A DNA stretch of 34,694 bases from an uncultured Candidatus Actinomarina sp. (lineage in GTDB: Bacteria > Actinomycetota > Acidimicrobiia > Actinomarinales > Actinomarinaceae). The notes under the pieces were generated by a model. It was not told where the DNA came from. It saw only the letters and a list, made by a program, of their open reading frames with translations, and made no database searches. This document shows, in pieces, positions 8,891 through 17,046 of the stretch. Made by a program: the position numbers and the translations under genes. The number at the start of each line of letters is the position of its first letter. Positions within the stretch are counted from its first letter, which is position 1. The stretch spans positions 1 through 34,694 of the forward strand of contig CAZKFE010000002.1 of NCBI GenBank assembly GCA_964551955.1, read 5' to 3'.

Positions 8891-9248
8891 TACTTATTTT
8901 ATCTAATATACCATTCACAAATTTAGCCCCCTTTGAAGAGGAGTGTTTATCTGTAATCTTAACCCATTCAGATATAATCACTTTGTGAGGTGTTAATTTC
9001 ATTATTAATTCCGATATTCCTAATTGTAATGCGATAAGTTCAACTTTACCTATTCTTTCATAACTCCAGTTTTCTGAATAAGTTCTAATAGAATTGTCTA
9101 TTCTTTCAATGTTTTCTCGTGTGTTTAGAATTAATTGATTTGCTCTAAGTCTTTGATTTTTATTTAGAATTTCTGTGGGAACTGATAAATCATCTAAGTC
9201 CTTATTAAACATTTCTTCAAAACAAAATATTCTAAAATCCTTATTCAT
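8880..9248 (-). CDS. nusB: transcription antitermination factor NusB
   Basis: NusB C-terminal signature SEWVKITDKHSSSKGAKFVNGILDKI (INE-AV-x-LAK...FVNGVLD), an RLRANQLI-type N-terminal helix and the efp-nusB pairing. Confidence 0.85.
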   Translation of the reverse strand: MNKDFRIFCFEEMFNKDLDDLSVPTEILNKNQRLRANQLILNTRENIERIDNSIRTYSENWSYERIGKVELIALQLGISELIMKLTPHKVIISEWVKITDKHSSSKGAKFVNGILDKISNEL

Positions 9249-9802
9249 ACTCTTGTTATGTAACTAGAGTTTTTAGTATCAACTTTAATTATTTCGTTTT
9301 CTTCTATAAACATTGGTACATTAATTTTTAAACCTGTTTCGCAAGTTACTAATTTATTTGAAGAAGATACTGTGTCTCCTTTAACTGCTGGTTCTGAATT
9401 TGTTACAAGTAATTCAACAGTTGAAGGTAAGATAATGTCTATTGGCATACCGTTATACATCTGAATCGTTAAGTCTTGGTTTTCTTTCATAAATAAATAT
9501 TTATCATCAATAATCTCATCATTTATTTTTATTTGTTCAAAATTTTCTTTATTCATAAATATATATTTATCGTTATCTTTATAAAGATATTGAAAGGATT
9601 GTTTGTCTATGTAAGCCTGTTCAATGTTTTCATCAGCACGAAATGTTTTATCAACCAATCCTCCTTCTGTTAGGTTTTTTAATTTTGTTTTTACAAACGC
9701 CTTACCTTTCCCTGGTTTTACGTGTTGATATTCTAAAATTAAGTAAACTGATCCATCTAATAATATAGATTGTCCTGGTCGTATGTCATTTGTAGACACC
9801 AT
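9245..9802 (-). CDS. efp: elongation factor P
   Basis: STNDIRPGQSILLDGSVYLILEYQHVKPGKGKAFVKTKLKNL is the canonical EF-P domain I, including the KPGKG loop. Confidence 0.95.
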   Translation of the reverse strand: MVSTNDIRPGQSILLDGSVYLILEYQHVKPGKGKAFVKTKLKNLTEGGLVDKTFRADENIEQAYIDKQSFQYLYKDNDKYIFMNKENFEQIKINDEIIDDKYLFMKENQDLTIQMYNGMPIDIILPSTVELLVTNSEPAVKGDTVSSSNKLVTCETGLKINVPMFIEENEIIKVDTKNSSYITRV

Positions 9803-10881
9803 TAAGGTATCACTCCCTCTTCTTTAGCTTTATTTTTCAAATTAATAAATTCCGTATAATCATTAGTAAAAGACATTTTTCCATTTTTATCTGTTAATAG
9901 ATAATAAATATAATCACTTTGAGGAGCATTTAATATAGCTAATATTGATCTTTCTCCAAAACCAGAAATTGGTGTTGGAGGTAATCCAGTATATTTATAT
10001 GTGTTATATCTAGAATCAATCTGAAGATCAACTAACAATACTTGTGATTTACGTTTTTGATGTGCATATAAAATTGTTGCATCAATTTGTAGAAGCATAT
10101 CATCGTTGAGTCTATTTCTAATAACAGAAGCTACTAAGGGTCTATCTTCATCAAGTTTTGATTCTGCTTCAATCAAGCTTGCTATTGTAAATAATTCATT
10201 GTAGTTATTAATCCAAATAGGTAAATCGTTGGTAGTAAAAATTGTCTCTACTAAAGTTTCTAATTGGTTTACTAAAGTTTGTAAAATTTCTTCACCATTA
10301 GCATCTACATTAATTTCATAGGTATTTGGATATATCAAGCCCTCCCAGTTTTGCAATTTCTTATAATCTCCTAAGTAAACATACTTACTGTCAACTAAAC
10401 CAGAAATTAATGAATTTTTTAATGAATCTACTTCAAAACCAGTTTGTGATGAAATAGATTCTAGAGTTTCGTTTATCCACAATCCTTCAGGAATAGTTAT
10501 ATTATATGTTTTTAATGGCGGTCCTTTAAGGAGAATTGCAGTTAATTCATCAAAATCAAGATTATTAAGAATTTCATATTCACCAGCTCTAAGTTTATCT
10601 TCCATATTCTCATTTCTTAAATATATTTCATAAGCAAGGGAAGAACTAATTACACCCTTATTATCAAGTAATGCTGTTATTTCAGTAGCAGATGATCCTG
10701 GAGGAATAGAAACATAGACAGTTTTTACATTTTCAATATTTTGAGAGTTTACTAAATCAACAGTTTTTTCAACAGATAATGCAGCAGAAGATACAAAAAT
10801 GTTTGAGATATATACAATAAACAATGTAAATATTACATAAATTCCTTTTCTGTATTTGTAATATAAATCAATCATTTGCAA
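9802..10881 (-). CDS. mltG: endolytic murein transglycosylase MltG (YceG family)
   Basis: N-terminal TM anchor and YceG motifs: IASLIEAES, VASVIRNRL, LQIDATILYA, YNTYKYTGLPPTPISGFG. It follows ruvX as in other Actinobacteria. Confidence 0.85.
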   Translation of the reverse strand: MQMIDLYYKYRKGIYVIFTLFIVYISNIFVSSAALSVEKTVDLVNSQNIENVKTVYVSIPPGSSATEITALLDNKGVISSSLAYEIYLRNENMEDKLRAGEYEILNNLDFDELTAILLKGPPLKTYNITIPEGLWINETLESISSQTGFEVDSLKNSLISGLVDSKYVYLGDYKKLQNWEGLIYPNTYEINVDANGEEILQTLVNQLETLVETIFTTNDLPIWINNYNELFTIASLIEAESKLDEDRPLVASVIRNRLNDDMLLQIDATILYAHQKRKSQVLLVDLQIDSRYNTYKYTGLPPTPISGFGERSILAILNAPQSDYIYYLLTDKNGKMSFTNDYTEFINLKNKAKEEGVIP

Positions 10882-11248
10882 TATAGGTTTCTAGAACTTT
10901 GACTGCGGATAAGTCGTCATACCTTTTATTATCATTTTTATCAACAATTTTAGAAGTTAGTCTTTCATCTATTTTTACTACTGGTAAGTTGATATATTTA
11001 TTTATATCCGTATCAATAAATTTATCAACTAATACAGACATTCTGGTTTCTTTATTCATTAATCCTTTAGGATATCCTATAACAATTGTTGAGATACTCT
11101 CTTTTTCAACAATTCTATTAATTTCTTTAATTATATTAGTAGTCTTCGTGTCAATTATTTTGTGGGGATAAGGGATAGGTACATTTTCTTTTTTTATAGC
11201 TAACCCTATAAATCTTTCTCCATAGTCGATACCTAGTAAATTATTCAA
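10868..11248 (-). CDS. ruvX: YqgF/RuvX putative pre-16S rRNA nuclease / resolvase-like protein
   Basis: LLGIDYGERFIGLAI (G-[IL]-D-x-G-x-x-R-IG-x-A) and DERLTS motifs. It lies directly downstream of alaS. Confidence 0.85.
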   Translation of the reverse strand: MNNLLGIDYGERFIGLAIKKENVPIPYPHKIIDTKTTNIIKEINRIVEKESISTIVIGYPKGLMNKETRMSVLVDKFIDTDINKYINLPVVKIDERLTSKIVDKNDNKRYDDLSAVKVLETYIAND

Positions 11249-11249
11249 T

Positions 11250-13778
11250 TTAAATGATTTTAGTAATTTCTTGGGTTACAAAATCAATACATTTCTTGGT
11301 ATCATAATCCGAGGGACCGCCACCTATTGATAAAACTTCATCTTTTGATGCACCACCACCATACAATTTAGAAGCTTCACCAACAATTGTAGATACATCT
11401 AATTTGCTTAGAGTATCAGGATTTTTTGTCCCGACAATAATTGTTTTTGTTTCTATCTTGGTTAATAGAAATATAAAATCTACTCCGTGCATCTTAACTG
11501 CCTGTACAGCGATATCTTTAGCTTCATTGGAATCATTGACATTCACATAACCTATATAAGTATTAAATTTGTTAATAACATTAAGCTCGTTAATAATTCT
11601 TTGAAGTTCATCATCCCTTTGTTTTTTGTTGTGACTTTGAAGCTTTTCTTGTATATTCTCGTAACTTTCAATGAAAGATTTTAGTTTATCAGGAACTTGT
11701 TCAACGCTAGTTTGAAGAATGTTACTAACAGATTTATAGGATTTATATGCATTACTAATAAAACTATACGCTTGTTTACCAGAAAGCATTTCTATTCTTC
11801 GTAGGTTAGAACCAATTGAAGATTCATTTAATAGAACAATCAAACCAACTTCATTAGAATTATGTACATGCGTACCACCGCACAATTCCTTAGAAAAATT
11901 TCCTATATTGACTACACGTACATCATTATCATATTTATCACCAAAAAATGCTAGAGCACCTTCTTCTTTGGCTTTATTTATATCCATTACATTTGTCTCT
12001 ACTAATAAATCTTTATATATATGTTCATTACTCATTTCAAATATTTCATCTAATTCTTCTTGTTTAACTTTCTCAGTATGGCTAAAGTCGAATCTAAATT
12101 TTCCTGGTGCTACGTGTGAACCTGCTTGGGCTACATGGTCACCAAGAATGTTTCTTAAAGATGAATGTACAATATGAGCTGCCGTATGACTTTTAGAGAC
12201 AGCACTTCTAAATATCGTATCAACATTTAATAAAATTTTATCACCTATCTTTATTTTTTCAGAATCTATAACTAAACCTGTTGCTCCTGAGTCTGCTTGA
12301 ACAACACCAGAAACTTTAAAGGTTTTATTGTTAATTTCTAGAGATCCTTTATCGGATATTTGACCACCTGCTTCAAAATAAAAAGGATTTTCTTTTGTAA
12401 AAAGTACCATTTTATCTGATAATTTTTCTATATGAAAGATTTCAGATTCAATAGTAGTTGAATCGTATCCAACAAATTTATTATTATCCACACCTTTGAT
12501 TTTATTGCCTGTTTGGATTTTCTTTGTTTTATTTGATTTTTTCCTATGTTCATCAAAAAGAAGGTTGAATTTATCAATATCAATCTTTTGTTTGTTTTCT
12601 AGAGCAGTTTCTTGTGTTAATTCAAATGGGAATCCAAAAGTTTCAAATAAATAGAAGGCATCTTTCTCATCTAAATATTTTTTATCTTTAAGTATTGTTT
12701 GTATTTCTTGGTTTCCTTTTATAAGTGTATTTTGGAATAACTCTTCTTCCTTTATAAATAAGTTAATTATTTTAGATTTATTATTTAATAAATCAGGGTA
12801 TGTATTTTTGTAATCATCAATAACAACATTTATTAAAAAGTCTAATGAAGTTAATTCGCCAGTTAATCTATATATAGCCCTCACTGCTCTTCTAATAATT
12901 CTTCTTAATACATATCCCCTACCTTCGTTAGTTGGAACTACACCGTCAGATATCATAAACGTAGATGACTTTACATGATCAAGTACTATTCTTTCATGTT
13001 TTTTATCAGGTTTAACAATAATTTTTTTAAGTTCGTCATACATTGATCTAAAAGTATCAATTTCAAAAGGAGAATCTTTTTGTTGCAATATCATAGCAAT
13101 CCTTTCTAATCCCATTCCTGTATCTATATTTTTAGCAGGTAGATCATCTACTACTTGGTATGGTTCATCTTGAATTGACTCCATGAAAACTAAGTTCCAA
13201 ATTTCTATAAACCTATCTTCACCTCCTCCAATTGGACCGCCATCTTTCCCGTATTGTTTACCTCTATCAATGAATATTTCCGAGCAAGGACCACAAGGTC
13301 CTGGAATATTCATATGCCAAAAATTATCTCTGTCACCTTTTTGTATTCTATTTTCTGGTATACCAATGACATCCTTCCAGATATTGTAAGATTCAGTATC
13401 ATCTTTATATACTGTGAACCATAGATCATCCTTTTTAACTCCTAGTTCATTGGTTATAAAGTTGTAAGATAATTTAATTGCATCTTCTTTAAAATAATTA
13501 TCAATACTAAAATTTCCTAACATTTCAAAAAATGTAAGATGTCTATCAGTATCACCGACTATGTCTATATCAACTGTTCTTATACATTTTTGTGATGAAG
13601 TTAAGTTATTATGAGGAGGTTTTTTTGAACCCATAAAATAATCTTTCAATGGGACCATACCAGCAGCTGTAAACAATAGAGTTTCATCGTGAGGAATTAA
13701 TGATGAGGATTTTAAAATATTATGATCATTATCTTCAAAGTATTTTAAAAATTTATTTCTTATTTGGTCACTATTCAT
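11250..13778 (-). CDS. alaS: alanine--tRNA ligase
   Basis: MNSDQIRNKFLKYFEDNDH start, FTAAGMV, class-II core, editing-domain HTAAH / CGGTH zinc motifs and a C-terminal DHHA1-like tail. I prefer ATG 13778 (8-nt overlap with the aspS stop). The track's 13844 start adds 22 non-conserved residues inside aspS. Confidence 0.96.
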   Translation of the reverse strand: MNSDQIRNKFLKYFEDNDHNILKSSSLIPHDETLLFTAAGMVPLKDYFMGSKKPPHNNLTSSQKCIRTVDIDIVGDTDRHLTFFEMLGNFSIDNYFKEDAIKLSYNFITNELGVKKDDLWFTVYKDDTESYNIWKDVIGIPENRIQKGDRDNFWHMNIPGPCGPCSEIFIDRGKQYGKDGGPIGGGEDRFIEIWNLVFMESIQDEPYQVVDDLPAKNIDTGMGLERIAMILQQKDSPFEIDTFRSMYDELKKIIVKPDKKHERIVLDHVKSSTFMISDGVVPTNEGRGYVLRRIIRRAVRAIYRLTGELTSLDFLINVVIDDYKNTYPDLLNNKSKIINLFIKEEELFQNTLIKGNQEIQTILKDKKYLDEKDAFYLFETFGFPFELTQETALENKQKIDIDKFNLLFDEHRKKSNKTKKIQTGNKIKGVDNNKFVGYDSTTIESEIFHIEKLSDKMVLFTKENPFYFEAGGQISDKGSLEINNKTFKVSGVVQADSGATGLVIDSEKIKIGDKILLNVDTIFRSAVSKSHTAAHIVHSSLRNILGDHVAQAGSHVAPGKFRFDFSHTEKVKQEELDEIFEMSNEHIYKDLLVETNVMDINKAKEEGALAFFGDKYDNDVRVVNIGNFSKELCGGTHVHNSNEVGLIVLLNESSIGSNLRRIEMLSGKQAYSFISNAYKSYKSVSNILQTSVEQVPDKLKSFIESYENIQEKLQSHNKKQRDDELQRIINELNVINKFNTYIGYVNVNDSNEAKDIAVQAVKMHGVDFIFLLTKIETKTIIVGTKNPDTLSKLDVSTIVGEASKLYGGGASKDEVLSIGGGPSDYDTKKCIDFVTQEITKII

Positions 13779-15474
13779 TTTCTTCGCTATCAACATATAG
13801 TTTATATTCAAGTAACTCATCTTCTGATAATCTTGATGGAGCATCCGTAAGTGGGTCTAATCCAGATTGTGTTTTAGGAAATGGTATTACATCTCGGATT
13901 GAATCAGCATTAACCATTTCTGCAATTAGTCTATCAATACCAATTGCAAAGCCAGCATGCTGAGGTGATCCATATGACAACGCTTCGATGAACCATCCAA
14001 ATCGTGTATCTATTTCCTTTTCTGATAAACCCCAGTTTGACAATACCTCATTTTGAATTTTAGGATTGTTAATTCTTTGGGAACCTGAACCAAGCTCTAC
14101 ACCGTTAAGAACAAGATCGTAATGTAAAGCAATAGCTTTTTCTGGATTTTTTATAAACTCATCTGTGTCTTTAGGAGATGTAAATGGATGATGTGATGGT
14201 TGTAATACACCATTTTCATATTCAAAATAAGGAAAATCATCTATCCATACAAACTCATAGATAGTACTTTTATTTGATTTAAAAATTTGTCTTCTTATCA
14301 TATCTAAAATAGGATTAGTTTCTAAGGTTTTACCAGATTGAAAAACTATCGTACTATTGGAATATTTTAATAATTCTTCTTTTTCTTTATTGTTTAGAAT
14401 TTTAGCTAGTGGTCCAGTGATTTCTTTGTTATTGATTTTAAACCAACCTAAACCAGCACTACCTTCCTTCTTTACAATTTCATCTAAATTATCAATTTCA
14501 GATCTAGATAGTAATTTATCTACAACAAATCCACGAACTGAACCATTGTTTTCAATTGTTTCTTTAATAAACGATATTTCAGTATTATTAAATACTTCTG
14601 TAAAGTCACTGATGGTTTTATCAATTCTTAAATCAGGTTTGTCAGTTCCATATAATAATAATGATTCAGCATATGATATTTTTTTGAAAGGAGTATTAAT
14701 TCGAATTGAATATACAGACTTTAATACATGCTTCATAGTTTTTTCAATAATATCTTGCACTATAGAAGGATCACCATTTGAAACTTCTAAATCTAACTGT
14801 GTAAATTCAGGCTGTCTATCCTTTCTTGAATCTTCATCACGGTAACATTTAGCAATTTGATAATAATTTTTTAAACCAGACAGCATAAACAATTGTTTAT
14901 ACATCTGAGGTGATTGGGGTAATGCGTAAAAATTACCAGGAGATTTTCTTGAGGGTACTATGAAGTCCTTTGCACCCTCAGGGGTTGATTTAATTAATGT
15001 TGGTGTATCTAACTCATCAATTTCAAGTTTGTTCATAACTTCTCTAATACTTTTAAATGTTTTAGATCTGGCTAATATATTTTTTTTCATTTCATTTCTT
15101 CTTATATCTAAATATCGATGTTTTAGTCTTATCTGTTCATCAACTTCAACACCATCTTCAATTTGAAAAGGCAAAACTTTACTTTCGGATAAAATTAGAA
15201 GATTAGTTAGTTCTATCTCGATAGAACCAAATTCTTCTTGTACATTAACATTCTTTTTATCCCGTTTAACTAATTTTCCAAATATTGATACATAATATTC
15301 ATTTTTAATATCATCAAAGTCATCAGGTTTATTAGTTACTATTTGAACCTTTGATTCGTAATCTCTTAACTCAAAGAAAAGTAAACCGCCGTGATGTCTA
15401 ATCGTATCAACCCAACCTCTTAAATCATCTATTTTTCCATTAGTTTTTAATTTATTAATATCTGAAATATTCAT
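13771..15474 (-). CDS. aspS: aspartate--tRNA ligase (bacterial type)
   Basis: N-terminal OB fold (LRGWVDTIRHHGGLLFFELRD), QSPQMYKQL, CYRDEDSRKDRQPEFTQLD, the bacterial insertion domain and the GSGSQRI / GFAIGIDRL motifs. Confidence 0.96.
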   Translation of the reverse strand: MNISDINKLKTNGKIDDLRGWVDTIRHHGGLLFFELRDYESKVQIVTNKPDDFDDIKNEYYVSIFGKLVKRDKKNVNVQEEFGSIEIELTNLLILSESKVLPFQIEDGVEVDEQIRLKHRYLDIRRNEMKKNILARSKTFKSIREVMNKLEIDELDTPTLIKSTPEGAKDFIVPSRKSPGNFYALPQSPQMYKQLFMLSGLKNYYQIAKCYRDEDSRKDRQPEFTQLDLEVSNGDPSIVQDIIEKTMKHVLKSVYSIRINTPFKKISYAESLLLYGTDKPDLRIDKTISDFTEVFNNTEISFIKETIENNGSVRGFVVDKLLSRSEIDNLDEIVKKEGSAGLGWFKINNKEITGPLAKILNNKEKEELLKYSNSTIVFQSGKTLETNPILDMIRRQIFKSNKSTIYEFVWIDDFPYFEYENGVLQPSHHPFTSPKDTDEFIKNPEKAIALHYDLVLNGVELGSGSQRINNPKIQNEVLSNWGLSEKEIDTRFGWFIEALSYGSPQHAGFAIGIDRLIAEMVNADSIRDVIPFPKTQSGLDPLTDAPSRLSEDELLEYKLYVDSEENE

Positions 15475-15476
15475 TG

Positions 15477-16424
15477 TTAATATAATTCCATTATTCTATC
15501 GACACCAAACGCTACTCCTACACCGTTAATATTATCGCCTCCTAATAGTTGAGATAGTTTGTCGTACTGACCACCTCCACCTAAAGCATCCTGACTTCCT
15601 TTACTATGTGTTGGTGTAATTTCAAATGTAAAATCGTTGTAATAATCAAGACCTCTAACTAAAAATTGATTTTCTCTGTACGGTATTTTTGCATCAGACA
15701 TCATATTTATTAGATTTTTATAAATTGTACTTGAGTTATCTGATCTATATTCTGATAATTTTGGTGCTTTTTTTAATATTTGAATATCACTCTTAACTTT
15801 AGAATCAAGAATTCTTAAAGGATTGTTGGTTAATCTTTTTTTCGAATCTTCAGATAAACTATCTTTGTGTCCTTCTAAATATTTTACAAGTTCTTTATTA
15901 TATAGTTTTCTATCATCGCTATTACCAATAGAATTAACTTCAAAAATTATTTCGATACCACTTGGAATACAAGACTCTAAAAAATCATTACTAAGTTGTA
16001 ATATTGAAAATATTACTTTAACTGAATCTTGTTCGTATCCTAATGTCTCTGCACCAACTTGATGAAATTCTCTATATCTTCCTTTTTGTGGTCTTTCATA
16101 ACGGAACATTTGGTCAGAATAATAATATTGTTTTTTAGATGTATATTTTTTATCTAAATGATGTCTTACAACACCTGCAGTACCTTCGGGTCTTAATACT
16201 AAATTCCTACCTTTTTTATCATTGAAAGTATACATTTGTTTACTAACAATATCGGTGTTTTCACCCACTGATCTAGAAAAAAGTTCTTCTTTTTCAATTG
16301 TAGGTAATTTTATATAATTAAATTCGTATTTTTTAGCAACGTTATGAAATGTATTAATAATCTCTAAGTATTTATTTGCCGAATTTCCTTCAAGTACCCT
16401 TGTACCCCTAACACCATCAATCAT
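15477..16424 (-). CDS. hisS: histidine--tRNA ligase, catalytic domain only (315 aa, no anticodon-binding domain)
   Basis: LVLRPEGTAGVVR, FRYERPQKGRYREFHQVGAE (motif 2), LVRGLDYYNDFTFE, GGGGQYDKL and GVGVAFGVDRIMELY* (motif 3, then stop). It occupies the hisS position between rel/MBL and aspS. See findings. Confidence 0.8.
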   Translation of the reverse strand: MIDGVRGTRVLEGNSANKYLEIINTFHNVAKKYEFNYIKLPTIEKEELFSRSVGENTDIVSKQMYTFNDKKGRNLVLRPEGTAGVVRHHLDKKYTSKKQYYYSDQMFRYERPQKGRYREFHQVGAETLGYEQDSVKVIFSILQLSNDFLESCIPSGIEIIFEVNSIGNSDDRKLYNKELVKYLEGHKDSLSEDSKKRLTNNPLRILDSKVKSDIQILKKAPKLSEYRSDNSSTIYKNLINMMSDAKIPYRENQFLVRGLDYYNDFTFEITPTHSKGSQDALGGGGQYDKLSQLLGGDNINGVGVAFGVDRIMELY

Positions 16425-17043
16425 CTATAAATTCCTTTAAATAATTATTATAGTTCAGAATATTAGAGACAGTGTCACTATCACCATGACCAGGAAATAC
16501 TTCTAATTCTTTATCAAATGATAAAAATACATTCTTAATTGAATTAATCATTTCCTGGTTGCTCCCACTAAATAGGTCTGTTCTACCAATACCCTGAGCA
16601 AAGACAAAATCACCAGTAAACACATATCCTAAATCATTAAATTCGTAAGAAATACTGCCTTTTGTATGGCCAGGATTTTTGTGTATATTTATATCTTCAT
16701 ATTCGAATGTGTCAATATCCAATAGAGGGCCTTTATATTCCTCTATAGAAAGCTCTGTGTTAGTAAATTGACTAAGTTGTTCTTGAGGATTTCTTGCTAA
16801 AAACTCATCTTCTAAATTAATATATATATTTCCATCGACCTTAGGTATGCCTAAAGCATGATCATAATGACCATGAGTAAGTAGATAACCACCAACTGAT
16901 AAGTTGTTAGATTTTATATATTCAAGAGCTGGTTCTACATCAGGAGGAAGATCAACCACATAACAAATGTCTGAATTTTGTTTTGGTTTTACAACATAAC
17001 AATTCGATGTTGTAAAACTAGTAAAAGTTTTAATACTACTCAT
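16417..17043 (-). CDS. MBL-fold metallo-hydrolase (glyoxalase II-like)
   Basis: The THGHYDH metal-binding motif, later PGHTKGS and FPGHGD motifs, and a position next to hisS matching the mycobacterial glyoxalase-II-like gene. Confidence 0.8.
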   Translation of the reverse strand: MSSIKTFTSFTTSNCYVVKPKQNSDICYVVDLPPDVEPALEYIKSNNLSVGGYLLTHGHYDHALGIPKVDGNIYINLEDEFLARNPQEQLSQFTNTELSIEEYKGPLLDIDTFEYEDINIHKNPGHTKGSISYEFNDLGYVFTGDFVFAQGIGRTDLFSGSNQEMINSIKNVFLSFDKELEVFPGHGDSDTVSNILNYNNYLKEFIDD

Positions 17044-17046
17044 AAA

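Noticed and set aside
13779-13844. A 22-codon N-terminal extension of alaS (track start 13844) overlapping aspS by 74 nt.
   Set aside because: The conserved AlaRS N-terminus begins at MNSDQIRNKF (ATG 13778), which gives a typical 8-nt overlap with the aspS stop. The extension has no AlaRS similarity. The same reasoning applies to rpoZ (8088 versus 8070), pimA (27524 versus 27464) and pdxT (25583 versus 25577).
14357-14845. A 162-aa plus-strand ORF, the longest antisense ORF in the track, lying wholly inside aspS.
   Set aside because: It is embedded in a highly conserved opposite-strand gene. Its translation is the Ser/Leu/Ile/Phe-rich low-complexity sequence typical of shadow frames. It has no recognisable motifs and no upstream spacer or start context.
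15477-16424. The alternative reading of the 315-aa HisRS-like gene as HisZ, the ATP-phosphoribosyltransferase regulatory subunit.
   Set aside because: The HisRS catalytic signatures (RYREFHQ, RGLDYY, GGGxYD, motif 3) are all intact, whereas HisZ proteins are usually degenerate there. The gene also sits in the hisS position rather than in a his operon. This is not fully excluded without the rest of the genome, so the test is listed under findings.
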